From assembly GCA_964016885.1 (NCBI GenBank), contig OZ024759.1, forward strand, positions 22,568,001-22,632,000: DNA of 64,000 bases, in the 5' to 3' direction. The position numbers and the translations under genes were made by a program. Positions 14,301-27,213 of the stretch are shown here, piece by piece; position 1 is the first letter of the stretch; the number at the start of each line of letters is the position of its first letter. A model generated the notes under the pieces. That model was not told the origin of the DNA and ran no database searches. It saw nothing but the letters and a program-made list of their open reading frames with translations. The DNA is from Eledone cirrhosa. Lineage: Eukaryota.

Positions 14301-17300
14301 GCCTTGGTGTAGGTGGTGCCAGATGCACAATAACACGTGGAGGAGGTGAGACACGAGTTTCCGACAGTAATGTGTACCAAAGTTGCCTTGGTGTAGGTGG
14401 TGCCAGATGCACAATAACACGTGGAGGAGGTGAGACACGGGTTTCCGACAGCAATGTGTACCAAAGTTGCCTTGGTGTAGGTGGTGCCAGATGCACAATA
14501 ACACGTGGAGGAGGTGAGACACGGGTTTCCGACAGTAATGTGTACCAAAGTTGCCTTGGTGTAGGTGGTGCCAGATGCACAATAACACGTGGAGGAGGTG
14601 AGACACGGGTTTCCGACAGCAATGTGTACCAAAGTTGCCTTGGTGTAGGTGGTGCCAGATGCACAATAACACGTGGAGGAGGTGAGACACGGGTTTCCGA
14701 CAGTAATGTGTACCAAAGTTGCCTTGGTGTAGGTGGTGCCAGATGCACAATAACACGTGGAGGAGGTGAGACACGGGTTTCCGACAGCAATGTGTACCAA
14801 AGTTGCCTTGGTGTAGGTGGTGCCAGATGCACAATAACACGTGGAGGAGGTGAGACACGGGTTTCCGACAGTAATGTGTACCAAAGTTGCCTTGGTGTAG
14901 GTGGTGCCAGATGCACAATAACACGTGTGGAGGAGGTGAGACACGGGTTTCCGACAGTTATGTGTACCAAAGTTGCCTTGGTGTAGGTGGTGCCAGATGC
15001 ACAATAACACGTGTGGAGGAGGTGAGACACGGGTTTCCGACAGTAATGTGTACCAAAGTTGCCTTGGTGTAGGTGGTGCCAGATGCACAATAACACGTGT
15101 GGAGGAGGTAAGACACGGGTTTCCGACAGTAATTTGTTCAAAAGTTGCCTTGGTGTAGGTGGTGCCAGATGCACAATAACACGTGTGGAGGAGGTGAGAC
15201 ACGAGTTTCCGACAGTAATGTGTACCAAAGTTGCCTTGGTGTAGGTGGTGCCAGATGCACAATAACACGTGGAGGAGGTGAGACACGGGTTTCCGACAGT
15301 TATGTGTACCAAAGTTGCCTTGGTGTAGGTGGTGCCAGATGCACAATAACATGTGTGGTGGAGGTGAGACAGGGAGTTTCTGACAGTAATGTGTACCACA
15401 GTTGCCTTGGTGTAGGTGGTGCCAGATGCACAATAACACGTGGAGGAGGTGAGACACGGGTTTCCGACAGCAATGTGTACCAAAGTTGCCTTGGTGTAGG
15501 TGGTGCCAGATGCACAATAACACGTGGAGGAGGTGAGACACGGGTTTCCGACAGTAATGTGTACCAAAGTTGCCTTGGTGTAGGTGGTGCCAGATGCACA
15601 ATAACACGTGGAGGAGGTGAGACACGGGTTTCCGACAGCAATGTGTACCAAAGTTGCCTTGGTGTAGGTGGTGCCAGATGCACAATAACACGTGGAGGAG
15701 GTGAGACACGGGTTTCCGACAGTAATGTGTACCAAAGTTGCCTTGGTGTAGGTGGTGCCAGATGCACAATAACACGTGGAGGAGGTGAGACACGGGTTTC
15801 CGACAGCAATGTGTACCAAAGTTGCCTTGGTGTAGGTGGTGCCAGATGCACAATAACACGTGGAGGAGGTGAGACACGGGTTTCCGACAGCAATGTGTAC
15901 CAAAGTTGCCTTGGTGTAGGTGGTGCCAGATGCACAATAACACGTGGAGGAGGTGAGACACGGGTTTCCGACAGCAATGTGTACCAAAGTTGCCTTGGTG
16001 TAGGTGGTGCCAGATGCACAATAACACGTGGAGGAGGTGAGACACGGGTTTCCGACAGCAATGTGTACCAAAGTTGCCTTGGTGTAGGTGGTGCCAGATG
16101 CACAATAACACGTGGAGGAGGTGAGACACGGGTTTCCGACAGTTATGTGTACCAAAGTTGCCTTGGTGTAGGTGGTGCCAGATGCACAATAACACGTGGA
16201 GGAGGTGAGACACGGGTTTCCGACAGCAATGTGTACCAAAGTTGCCTTGGTGTAGGTGGTGCCAGATGCACAATAACACGTGGAGGAGGTGAGACACGGG
16301 TTTCCGACAGTAATGTGTACCAAAGTTGCCTTGGTGTAGGTGGTGCCAGATGCACAATAACACGTGTGGAGGAGGTGAGACACGGGTTTCCGACAGTACT
16401 GTGTACCAAAGTTGCCTTGGTGTAGGTGGTGCCAGATGCACAATAACACGTGTGGAGGAGGTGAGACGGGAGTTTCTGACAGTAATGTCTACCAAAGTTA
16501 CCTTGGTGTAGGTGGTGCCAGATGCACAATAACACGTGTGGAGGAGGTGAGACACGAGTTTCCGACAGTACTGTGTACCAAAGTTGCCTTGGTGTAGGTG
16601 GTGCCAGATGCACAATAACACGTGTGGAGGAGGTGAGACACGAGTTTCCGACAGTAATGTGTACCAAAGTTGCCTTGGTGTAGGTGGTGCCAGATGCACA
16701 ATAACACGTGGAGGAGGTGAGACACGGGTTTCCGACAGTTATGTGTACCAAAGTTGCCTTGGTGTAGGTGGTGCCAGATGCACAATAACACGTGGAGGAG
16801 GTGAGACACGGGTTTCCGACAGCAATGTGTACCAAAGTTGCCTTGGTGTAGGTGGTGCCAGATGCACAATAACACGTGGAGGAGGTGAGACACGGGTTTC
16901 CGACAGTAATGTGTACCAAAGTTGCCTTGGTGTAGGTGGTGCCAGATGCACAATAACACGTGGAGGAGGTGAGACACGGGTTTCCGACAGCAATGTGTAC
17001 CAAAGTTGCCTTGGTGTAGGTGGTGCCAGATGCACAATAACACGTGGAGGAGGTGAGACACGGGTTTCCGACAGTAATGTGTACCAAAGTTGCCTTGGTG
17101 TAGGTGGTGCCAGATGCACAATAACACGTGTGGAGGAGGTGAGACACGGGTTTCCGACAGTTATGTGTACCAAAGTTGCCTTGGTGTAGGTGGTGCCAGA
17201 TGCACAATAACACGTGTGGAGGAGGTGAGACACGGGTTTCCGACAGTAATGTGTACCAAAGTTGCCTTGGTGTAGGTGGTGCCAGATGCACAATAACACG

Positions 17301-19585
17301 TGTGGAGGAGGTGAGACACGAGTTTCCGACAGTAATGTGTACCAAAGTTGCCTTGGTGTAGGTGGTGCCAGATGCACAATAACACGTGGAGGAGGTGAGA
17401 CACGGGTTTCCGACAGTTATGTGTACCAAAGTTGCCTTGGTGTAGGTGGTGCCAGATGCACAATAACATGTGTGGTGGAGGTGAGACAGGGAGTTTCTGA
17501 CAGTAATGTGTACCACAGTTGCCTTGGTGTAGGTGGTGCCAGATGCACAATAACACGTGGAGGAGGTGAGACACGGGTTTCCGACAGCAATGTGTACCAA
17601 AGTTGCCTTGGTGTAGGTGGTGCCAGATGCACAATAACACGTGGAGGAGGTGAGACACGGGTTTCCGACAGTAATGTGTACCAAAGTTGCCTTGGTGTAG
17701 GTGGTGCCAGATGCACAATAACACGTGGAGGAGGTGAGACACGGGTTTCCGACAGCAATGTGTACCAAAGTTGCCTTGGTGTAGGTGGTGCCAGATGCAC
17801 AATAACACGTGGAGGAGGTGAGACACGGGTTTCCGACAGTAATGTGTACCAAAGTTGCCTTGGTGTAGGTGGTGCCAGATGCACAATAACACGTGGAGGA
17901 GGTGAGACACGGGTTTCCGACAGCAATGTGTACCAAAGTTGCCTTGGTGTAGGTGGTGCCAGATGCACAATAACACGTGGAGGAGGTGAGACACGGGTTT
18001 CCGACAGCAATGTGTACCAAAGTTGCCTTGGTGTAGGTGGTGCCAGATGCACAATAACACGTGGAGGAGGTGAGACACGGGTTTCCGACAGCAATGTGTA
18101 CCAAAGTTGCCTTGGTGTAGGTGGTGCCAGATGCACAATAACACGTGGAGGAGGTGAGACACGGGTTTCCGACAGCAATGTGTACCAAAGTTGCCTTGGT
18201 GTAGGTGGTGCCAGATGCACAATAACACGTGGAGGAGGTGAGACACGGGTTTCCGACAGTTATGTGTACCAAAGTTGCCTTGGTGTAGGTGGTGCCAGAT
18301 GCACAATAACACGTGGAGGAGGTGAGACACGGGTTTCCGACAGCAATGTGTACCAAAGTTGCCTTGGTGTAGGTGGTGCCAGATGCACAATAACACGTGG
18401 AGGAGGTGAGACACGGGTTTCCGACAGTAATGTGTACCAAAGTTGCCTTGGTGTAGGTGGTGCCAGATGCACAATAACACGTGTGGAGGAGGTGAGACAC
18501 GGGTTTCCGACAGTACTGTGTACCAAAGTTGCCTTGGTGTAGGTGGTGCCAGATGCACAATAACACGTGTGGAGGAGGTGAGACGGGAGTTTCTGACAGT
18601 AATGTCTACCAAAGTTACCTTGGTGTAGGTGGTGCCAGATGCACAATAACACGTGTGGAGGAGGTGAGACACGAGTTTCCGACAGTACTGTGTACCAAAG
18701 TTGCCTTGGTGTAGGTGGTGCCAGATGCACAATAACACGTGTGGAGGAGGTGAGACACGAGTTTCCGACAGTAATGTGTACCAAAGTTGCCTTGGTGTAG
18801 GTGGTGCCAGATGCACAATAACACGTGGAGGAGGTGAGACACGGGTTTCCGACAGTTATGTGTACCAAAGTTGCCTTGGTGTAGGTGGTGCCAGATGCAC
18901 AATAACACGTGGAGGAGGTGAGACACGGGTTTCCGACAGCAATGTGTACCAAAGTTGCCTTGGTGTAGGTGGTGCCAGATGCACAATAACACGTGGAGGA
19001 GGTGAGACACGGGTTTCCGACAGTAATGTGTACCAAAGTTGCCTTGGTGTAGGTGGTGCCAGATGCACAATAACACGTGGAGGAGGTGAGACACGGGTTT
19101 CCGACAGCAATGTGTACCAAAGTTGCCTTGGTGTAGGTGGTGCCAGATGCACAATAACACGTGGAGGAGGTGAGACACGGGTTTCCGACAGTAATGTGTA
19201 CCAAAGTTGCCTTGGTGTAGGTGGTGCCAGATGCACAATAACACGTGTGGAGGAGGTGAGACACGGGTTTCCGACAGTTATGTGTACCAAAGTTGCCTTG
19301 GTGTAGGTGGTGCCAGATGCACAATAACACGTGTGGAGGAGGTGAGACACGGGTTTCCGACAGTAATGTGTACCAAAGTTGCCTTGGTGTAGGTGGTGCC
19401 AGATGCACAATAACACGTGTGGAGGAGGTAAGACACGGGTTTCCGACAGTAATTTGTTCAAAAGTTGCCTTGGTGTAAAAGTAATAAGGTAAAACCCGAA
19501 GTTTGCTCTCATTAACATCATTTTGAAATTGCCCTCCTTCAATATTCAAATTTCTCCCCAGTGCACCCCACGTTGGGAATCACTG
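11381..19585. mobile_element. Non-autonomous hAT transposon carrying an expanded satellite
   Basis: TIRs cagtggttcccaac (11381-11394) and gttgggaatcactg (19572-19585) match 13/14. Perfect 8-bp TSD gtttaaaa (11373-11380, 19586-19593). No transposase sequence inside. Confidence 0.9.
11500..19477. repeat. 84/86-bp tandem array, about 94 units, with a 2117-bp higher-order period
   Basis: Unit ggtggtgccagatgcacaataacac(gt)gtggaggaggtgagacacg(a/g)gtttccgacag(t/c)aatgtgtaccaaagttgccttggtgta. Identical ORF pairs at 15145/17262 and 16326/18443 are 2117 bp apart. Confidence 0.97.
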
Positions 19586-20222
19586 GTTTAAAACAATACA
19601 AACAACAACAAATCTGCACATACCCAAGGCACGCAGAGCTGTGCTCAGTAATGCAGTGATGATACACAATAAAGATATGACTAATAAACTTATGATAACA
19701 ATAAGATAATTTGTTATATAAAAATTAAAAATTTAAATACAAAAACATTTTTTTCCACAATTTTAACTCATTGTTTTGCTCAGTTGGTTGTTGATGTTTT
19801 TTCTCTCTCCTCCATTTCCTACCCGTAACCCCACCCCTCGATAGAAAGAAAGGAAGAAAGGAAGGAAGACGTAAACAAAAGCAACAAATTATAACCTTTG
19901 TTCTTCTGCTTGATTGCCATGGAATTTATCTTTTTTCGATATTTTAAATTGAAAATTGATCAATAGAAATCATCGAAGAAAAAAATCTAAACAAAAAAAA
20001 AAAATCTAAAACAGAGATACTCTGTGTGTGTGTGTTTGATCATGTATGTGTGTGTTTGATTATGTATATTTGTGTGTGTGTTCGATTATGTATATCTGTA
20101 TGTGCATGTGTGTTTATATATATATGTGTGTTTATATATAAACACACATGCACACACACATATACATATTCGAACACACACACAAATATACATAATCAAT
20201 TTATATATTTATATATATATAC

Positions 20223-20415
20223 AATATATTAATAAATGGAAACTATATTTATAAAACCATATTTATTCCATTATACATATTTCAAGGGCAACCAAGGCAA
20301 ATTATGGTGCGCTTTCATCAGATAAAATACAGATTTGTTTTATAAATATAGTTTCCATTTATTAATATATTGTGTATTTACTCCACTAACTTGTTGAGTG
20401 CTTTATATCAGTTAT
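20223..20415. mobile_element. PLE-like terminal fragment with 33-bp inverted arms and a degenerate hammerhead
   Basis: Inverted repeat 20223-20255 / 20339-20371. Minus strand CTGATGA-aag...ctt-GAAA-tatgta at 20321-20274. Related sequence at ~27770-27885. Confidence 0.5.
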
Positions 20416-20464
20416 AAAATTGTTTAAGCTTGTTGAATCCCAACAAATTAAATATAACCTCTAC

Positions 20465-20496
<32 letters not shown>

Positions 20497-20704
20497 ATAT
20501 GCGTGAGTCTGTGTGCATGTGTTTTTTTCTTTATATATGTGTGTGTGAATTTATGTGTATGTGTGTGAATATATATATGTGTGTGTGAATTTATGTGAAG
20601 TTGTGTGTGTGAATATGTGTGTATATGTGCGCTTGTGATGTGTATGTGTGTGAATATATATATGTGTATGTATATATGTATATATATATATATGTGTATG
20701 TGTG

Positions 20705-21030
20705 TGTGTTGGACCTCCATCGGTTCTGCCGATGGATGTTCCAGTTGATTTGATCCGATCAACGGAACAGCCTGCTCGTGAAATTAGCGTGCAAGTGGCT
20801 GAGCATTCCACAGACATCCTTAATAGAATTCTTATAGAGATTCAGCTCGACACAGAGTGTGGCAAGGCCGGCCAATCTGAATCAGGATACAACTCAACAT
20901 TACTTGCGGAACGCAATGGACTGGAACAAGGTCAATAAAGAGTCTTGTTTAAGGACACAACGTGCTGCCGGGATCGAACTCACAACCTTAAGATCGTAGC
21001 CAAATAACCTAGCTACTAACCAACACGCCT
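20705..21030 (-). mobile_element. tRNA-derived SINE family 2
   Basis: aagagtcttgtttaaggacacaac...gggatcgaactcacaacc...: B box gagttcgatcc on the minus strand. Homologues at 21270-21412, 41608-41885, 54330-54622 and 57862-58250. Confidence 0.75.
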
Positions 21031-21789
21031 TTAACCCTTTAGCATTTACATTACTCTATATTTACTATTGTATTTTCGGGGTAAAAGCTTTACCTCACAT
21101 AATGTCAAATCTACGAGATTTTGATGTTATTTATTTTGAGAACAATACCTTAACATAAGTATGAGTGGCCAGCTATAGCTGGTTGGAAGAGAAAAATGTG
21201 AGAGAATTCTGGCCGGATATGGATGGTTTAAATGTTATAGGGTTAATTGATGTAACTAATTTTCTTTTCTTTTTTGTCAGCTGAATGGACGGGAGGAATA
21301 TGAAATAAAAGTGCCTTGCTGAAGGACACAACACGGCGCTTGTTCTAGGAATTGAACTCAAGAACTTAAGACCATGATCTGAACATCCTAACCACCAAGC
21401 CACTCGCCTTCACAGAGACACAATATAGTATAATTCATCTTCTTGCCCACACCTTCTCCTCTTCGTCCAACTCAACTTGGAGTATCTTATTCATTAGTAG
21501 AATTTTGTTTAGTTTGGCATTAGTTGATAAAATATTCAAAACAGACTGTTAGTTACACGGCTAACACAAAAATTACTGTCCTCTTATATTTGTGTTAGAA
21601 ATAAATAAATAATAAAAGAAACTAATAAAAAATCCATTATTATTAAAAAATTTTGCTTGTGCATCTTTGTTTGGAAATTTTCTCGACATTGTTTATCATC
21701 AATGGAATATTTGTGAATAACATTTGAAAGAATTAAAATAATTTTCTGCAATCAAAAACAGGCTTTATTTTATTATATAATTATTAAGA

Positions 21790-22270
21790 GCGTCGGGCAT
21801 CACGTTTTGCAGTATAGAGTTTATAGCTCTTCACATTCTCAGTTCAAATCCTGCCGAGGTTAGCTTTGCCTTTCGTCCTTACGGGGTCGATAAAATAAAG
21901 TACCAGTCACGCACTGGGGTCGATTTAATCGACTTTCCCTTCCCCCCAAATTACAGGCCTTGTGCCTATATAAGAAACCATTATTGTTATTCTTTTTTTT
22001 CTCTGTGAAAAATTAGTCACACTTTTATCTCTTTGGCTTACTGAATTAGGAAAGAGTGATATATAACGGGGTCTATTTCCGGTACAAGGTCATGGAGAAG
22101 AATTTAGAGTGAAATGGGAAACAGTCGATTACATCGACCCCAGTACATGACTGGTACTTCATTTTATCGATTTCGAGAAGGATGAAAGGCAAAGTTGACG
22201 GCGATGAGATTTGAACTTAGAAGTGAAAGGCCATTTTGTTAAACCTTCTAAAAATCCTGCCAAATCAGCA
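21790..22270. mobile_element. Two SINE family 1 copies in opposite orientation
   Basis: Plus copy ~21790-21985 and minus copy ~22075-22270. Confidence 0.8.
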
Positions 22271-22547
22271 GCCATATTCAATAAATACTAGCAGTAGTAA
22301 ACGACGTTGCCTGGGGCAAAGATGAGTGACCCTCAGTGGATGACATACTCGTAAATAATATTTGCAACTCTACATAAATATATTTTTAGAAGCAAGTTTA
22401 TATTCAGTGTGTGTGTGATTTATTAATTTTGTCCCGTAACATAATACTACTTCAGGAAATAGAAATCGATAATAAGTAATACTTTGAAATATGTATTGGC
22501 ATCAATATGATAGCCGAAAGAGTCGTGTATTGAACTCGTATTGTATG

Positions 22548-22695
22548 ATATCTAACAAGTGCTGTTTAATTGTTTGATTATTTAACGACAGCCAATCATA
22601 TCACAATCACGTGTTTGAACTCGTTTGTATCTAACAAGTGCTGTTTAATTGTTTGATTATTTAACGACAGCCAATCATATCACAATCACATGTTT
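22548..22695. repeat. Tandem duplication, ~79-bp period
   Basis: tatctaacaagtgctgtttaattgtttgattatttaacgacagccaatcatatcacaatcac occurs twice. Confidence 0.9.
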
Positions 22696-22998
22696 CAAGT
22701 GTCCCCGTGATTTTTTCCTATATATAATGCTTCAGCTAAACGGAGGTACATAACTCTATCCAGCAGGTTCGAATTACAGTCTGACGGTTTGAGGAGGACG
22801 ACACCTCAAGAAATAGACAAGACACGACAGAAACACTTTAAGATGTCCCTCTATAAACATGAAATAAGTTATCTTCTTTCTCCTCTCAACTTAAAATAAA
22901 GGGTTGGGATTGACTCCCCTTATAAGTGTGACAGACATACTGACGAAGAAAGAAGTCTTCTTTTTTCTTCTTCTTCTTCAGCATACCCCCCCCTCCCT

Positions 22999-23300
22999 CC
23001 ATCTGACTTTGAGAGAGATATATGCCGGCCTCCGACGCATATCTGTCGTTGTACGTAAAAGGAGAGTAAGATATGCTGACCACTACCATCGTGCCACCTA
23101 TGAGGCTGTGTCCCAATTAGTGCTCTGGAAACCACAAGCAGTCACTAATAACAGGGGGGGGGGGCAAGCTCTCCTATCCTAATGTCATCATCAGAGATTC
23201 TGGTATTGAAGTCCAGGACTTGGCAACGGCAATGAACGACAGACCCACGTGGAGACCAATTGTTGAGTCTATTTCGGCTGAGGCCGCCGGATGGTGATGA
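22999..23300 (+). mobile_element. RTE-clade LINE 3' fragment (decayed)
   Basis: Translates HLTLREIYAGLRRISVVVRKRRVRYADHYHR...LVLWKP...(frameshift)...DLATAMNDRPTWRPIV, a typical RTE C-terminus, then a short gat tail. Confidence 0.75.
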
Positions 23301-23364
23301 TTATATATATATAGAATAAGTAAAAGCGAAGTAGTTTCAGAAGTTCAAGTCCTTTAATAATAAT

Positions 23365-23438
23365 GCTGTGATATATATTTCAATGACGACACTGGCCACA
23401 CTGTTCTGTGTGCGAGTGTCGTGACATCATCAGACAGC
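23365..23438 (-). ncRNA. Type I hammerhead ribozyme motif
   Basis: Minus strand: gctgt-CTGATGA-tgtc[acgacact...agtgtcgt]catt-GAAA-tatata-TC-acagc. 5-bp stem I, palindromic stem III atatatat, AUC site. Confidence 0.8.
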
Positions 23439-23809
23439 TTGTTACATAATAAGGTTATGTTTCCGAGGCAATCCAAGTCGAATCGACATGGGAACGGATG
23501 AAGTGTGTGCTTTTTGGTTCTTCATCCGTTCCCCTGTAGGTACCAATTCACCCCACCGGTCTGCGCAGGCGCATGTACGAAGGAAGTTGACCATTAGCTA
23601 CCGCAGATTTCAACGAAATTCGCTTAGTCAGTTCACCCTCTCAGCCAAACAATGACCCAGCCGAAAGCCAGAGGGGATGGGAGAGTGTTAGTTTTTACAG
23701 GTCTCAATACTACCTCTCACCAAGCATGGACAGTACGACTGACCATCAACTCCGTCACACCTATGTGGAAAAAGTACGTTAAGTGCTTGAATTGAATTGC
23801 ATCAATGTT

Positions 23810-24090
23810 TATCCTAAGTAGGTCGTGGGGACAGAGTCCTCAAACACGCTCTCCTGCGGGTCCTGTCAGAAACAACCGTCTCCAACTAACCCGACTGGAT
23901 CCCCAAGCGTGACCAGCTGAACTCATGAATATTATCCAACCATCTTGCTCGCGGTCTACCCCTGTGTCTCCTACCAGTTGGTTTCGCCCGTAAAAATCTG
24001 TCCAGCGATTCTTTCCTGAGACATTCTACCCACATGACCATAGTATTGGAGCTGTGATCTCTCAATTCAGAGAAGCTAGGGGTTCTACGT
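23810..24090 (-). mobile_element. RTE LINE 3' fragment
   Basis: AKPTGRRHRGRPRARWLDNI motif. Homologous to 50650-51550. Confidence 0.8.
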
Positions 24091-24224
24091 GATCTCCGAT
24101 AGATAGGCGGTGAATTGGGGCTGAAACGGTGGAGTGTCAGATTAAATAACTTGCGGTATTTGTTACGGCTCTTTGAGCAAAGAGCGATGCAATGCAAAGA
24201 GATGCAACGTCATATATGTCTGAC

Positions 24225-24585
24225 CTCAGAAGAATGAAAGGCAAACTTGACCTCGGAATGCGACGATTGTAACTAAATACTGTAATGCAATTCCTTCCGA
24301 CGCAGTGGCACAATAAAAGTGTTTACCTTTTGGTACAAGGCCACCGATTTGAAGTGAAGGGGAAAGTCGATTAAACAGACCCACCACCAGTGCATTACTG
24401 GTACTTTATTTCATCGACACCGTAAGGATGAAAGGCAAAGTTAACATTTGACGGGATTTAAAGAATAATTGTTTCTACCTTTGGCACAAAGCCAGCAATT
24501 ACCCAGTGCATTACTGGTACTTTATTTTATCGACCCCGTAAGGATGAAAGGCAAAGTAAACCTCGACGGGATTTAAAGAATAATG
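24225..24585 (-). mobile_element. Tandem partial SINE family 1 copies
   Basis: The ggatgaaaggcaaag core is repeated three times. Confidence 0.75.
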
Positions 24586-24709
24586 TTGTACAGAAGAGCT
24601 CGTTGAGGTCTTGTTGTGTAAGTGGTGGTGATGGTGGTGGCGGTAATGTCCAAGTAGTGGTGGTGACGGTGATAGTTGTGTTGGTAATGGAAGTGGTGAC
24701 GGTTTAGGC

Positions 24710-24916
24710 TCGAGTCAGACATGAAAAGTTCATAGGCTGGCTATGAAGGAATGATGCTAGAGGTATGGAATATTACATGCATTGATTTCAACTAAGTTTT
24801 TTTATTATTAATAACCGCATTGTTCCTTGCCAGGGATTATGTTTAAAAATAAACCTCATTTAGTAATTCCATGAGAGTATCTTAGTCAGTCAATGAACTT
24901 TTCAGCCCATCTTCGT
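24710..24916. mobile_element. Tc1/mariner-type MITE (decayed)
   Basis: Inverted ends tgaaaagttcataggctggcta / tagtcagtcaatgaacttttca. The right end terminates in cgta. Confidence 0.55.
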
Positions 24917-25052
24917 ATCTATCAGACCTATGAAGGGAAGAAAGTCTTACAAACAATGAATTCTTGGATTATTTTCTCTTTAGACATATTGTATCTTGGA
25001 ATAGTAATATATATATAAATATATATGCATGTATGAATATATATATACATAC

Positions 25053-25105
<53 letters not shown>

Positions 25106-25128
25106 TGTATGAATATATATATACATAC

Positions 25129-25183
<55 letters not shown>

Positions 25184-25191
25184 TATATATA

Positions 25192-25199
<8 letters not shown>

Positions 25200-25225
<26 letters not shown>

Positions 25226-25301
25226 CATACATATACATACATGCATACATATACATACATGCATACACACATATATATATATATATATACATACATATAT
25301 A

Positions 25302-25341
<40 letters not shown>

Positions 25342-25370
25342 ATGTATATATACATATATGTGCGTGTGTG

Positions 25371-25422
<52 letters not shown>

Positions 25423-25451
25423 CACACACGCACATATATGTATATATACAT

Positions 25452-25491
<40 letters not shown>

Positions 25492-25567
25492 TATATATGT
25501 ATGTATATATATATATATATATGTGTGTATGCATGTATGTATATGTATGCATGTATGTATATGTATG

Positions 25568-25600
<33 letters not shown>
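25200..25600. repeat. Inverted duplication of a compound microsatellite block
   Basis: The + ORF at 25241 and the - ORF at 25552 translate identically for more than 100 residues. Centre lies in (TA)n at ~25372-25420. Confidence 0.85.
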
Positions 25601-25614
<14 letters not shown>

Positions 25615-25677
25615 ATACATATATATATTTATATATATATATACTGATATGTATATATACATATATGTGTGTGTGTA

Positions 25678-25715
<38 letters not shown>

Positions 25716-25718
<3 letters not shown>

Positions 25719-25907
25719 AAAGAATTGTGGTAAGGAACCAGATGGACCATAACGCACCAGAGTACTCAATACTTAGGGTAGTAGAGTGGGAAATAGGAAA
25801 AAGTATGACCCCGACGGCAGAAATTACGCCGTTTCGACGGCTATTTCTGAGTCCAGAAATACCAGTCGAAACGGCTTGAGCTCTGCCGTCGGGGTCATAC
25901 TTTTTCC

Positions 25908-25910
<3 letters not shown>
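25716..25910. mobile_element. TA-embedded fold-back element, family B
   Basis: Long arm plus inverted short arm joined at ttctg|agtccagaa. Confidence 0.9.
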
Positions 25911-25939
<29 letters not shown>

Positions 25940-25969
25940 CTGATATGTATATATATATGTGTGTGCGTA

Positions 25970-26005
<36 letters not shown>

Positions 26006-26006
26006 C

Positions 26007-26169
26007 CTGGCGCCGTTTAAGTTATATCCTGTTGAATATAATCTATGTAAAGTCCTCTCTGTATTTGACAGTCTCTCATTCATACCGTAACCTTCTTGAC
26101 CTTTCACAACACACCTCCTCCGCTTCCCTGTTCCCTGCCTCCCCGGCCGCCTCAACTGAACACAATCTG
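26007..26169 (-). other. Candidate host-gene exon
   Basis: Unique sequence bounded by tttctatatccag|cag (NAGNAG acceptor) and CCAG|gtatat (donor). One open frame ...[28 protein letters not shown]. No homology recognised. Confidence 0.3.
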
Positions 26170-26546
26170 CTGGATATAGAAACAGCAGCAACATACAAAC
26201 AAACAAACAAACACCATCCTACTAACAAGCAACAAAACCACATCACCGCCACCACACCACTTCCACCACCACCACCACCACCACCACTAACAGCAAGACC
26301 ATTCAGTATCTCCAGCTTCATGTCCAGCAAAACAAAAGTACATCACACACCGTCATCAATCCATCAGCCCCCACACCACCGCCTCAACTACTAACACAAC
26401 TAACTCCACCATCAACGACATCAATAACGTATGTGCAAATATCCTGTCGTATATGCTTTAAAGAATATACATACATATATATATATAAACGGCAACACCA
26501 ATATTGAACAAACACTGCCACCACGACGACAATAACGCGAACAGTG

Positions 26547-26595
<49 letters not shown>

Positions 26596-26597
<2 letters not shown>

Positions 26598-26753
26598 CGG
26601 AGGAAATGTGGTAAGGAACCAGGTGGACCATAACGCACCAAAGTACTCAATACTTAGGGTAGTAGAGTGGGTAATAGGAACGAGTAAGACCCCGACGGCT
26701 GCGCTCAAGCCGTTTCGACGGCTAATTCTGGACTAAATATTATTTTACTCGTT

Positions 26754-26757
<4 letters not shown>
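26596..26757. mobile_element. TA-embedded element, family B
   Basis: Same sequence with a very short inverted tail tactcgttcc(ta)n. Confidence 0.9.
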
Positions 26758-26851
<94 letters not shown>

Positions 26852-26909
26852 CATATACATATATGGATTTGTCTTCACATTTATTATTATTACTATATAT
26901 ACATATATT

Positions 26910-26979
<70 letters not shown>

Positions 26980-27025
26980 TGGATTTGTCTTCACATTTAT
27001 TATTATTACTATATATACATATATT

Positions 27026-27068
<43 letters not shown>

Positions 27069-27213
27069 AGGGTTGACGGACCCAGCATATTTATCAATGC
27101 CAGTACCGGTTGTATCTCAGCGCACTCAGTGGGCAATGTAAGATGCATCACCAGAGTATACACATACTTATTTGCCTCAACACAACACACGTAAAACGGG
27201 TGCCTATAAGGTT

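Noticed and set aside
11500-19477. CRISPR-like array
   Set aside because: Units are contiguous with no unique spacers, no cas genes are present, and the context is eukaryotic.
11304-19549. Very long Cys/His/Thr-rich ORFs (up to 1406 aa) over the tandem array
   Set aside because: They are open in several frames at once because the 84-bp unit lacks stops. The 86-bp variants shift frames freely, and the array lies inside a non-coding MITE.
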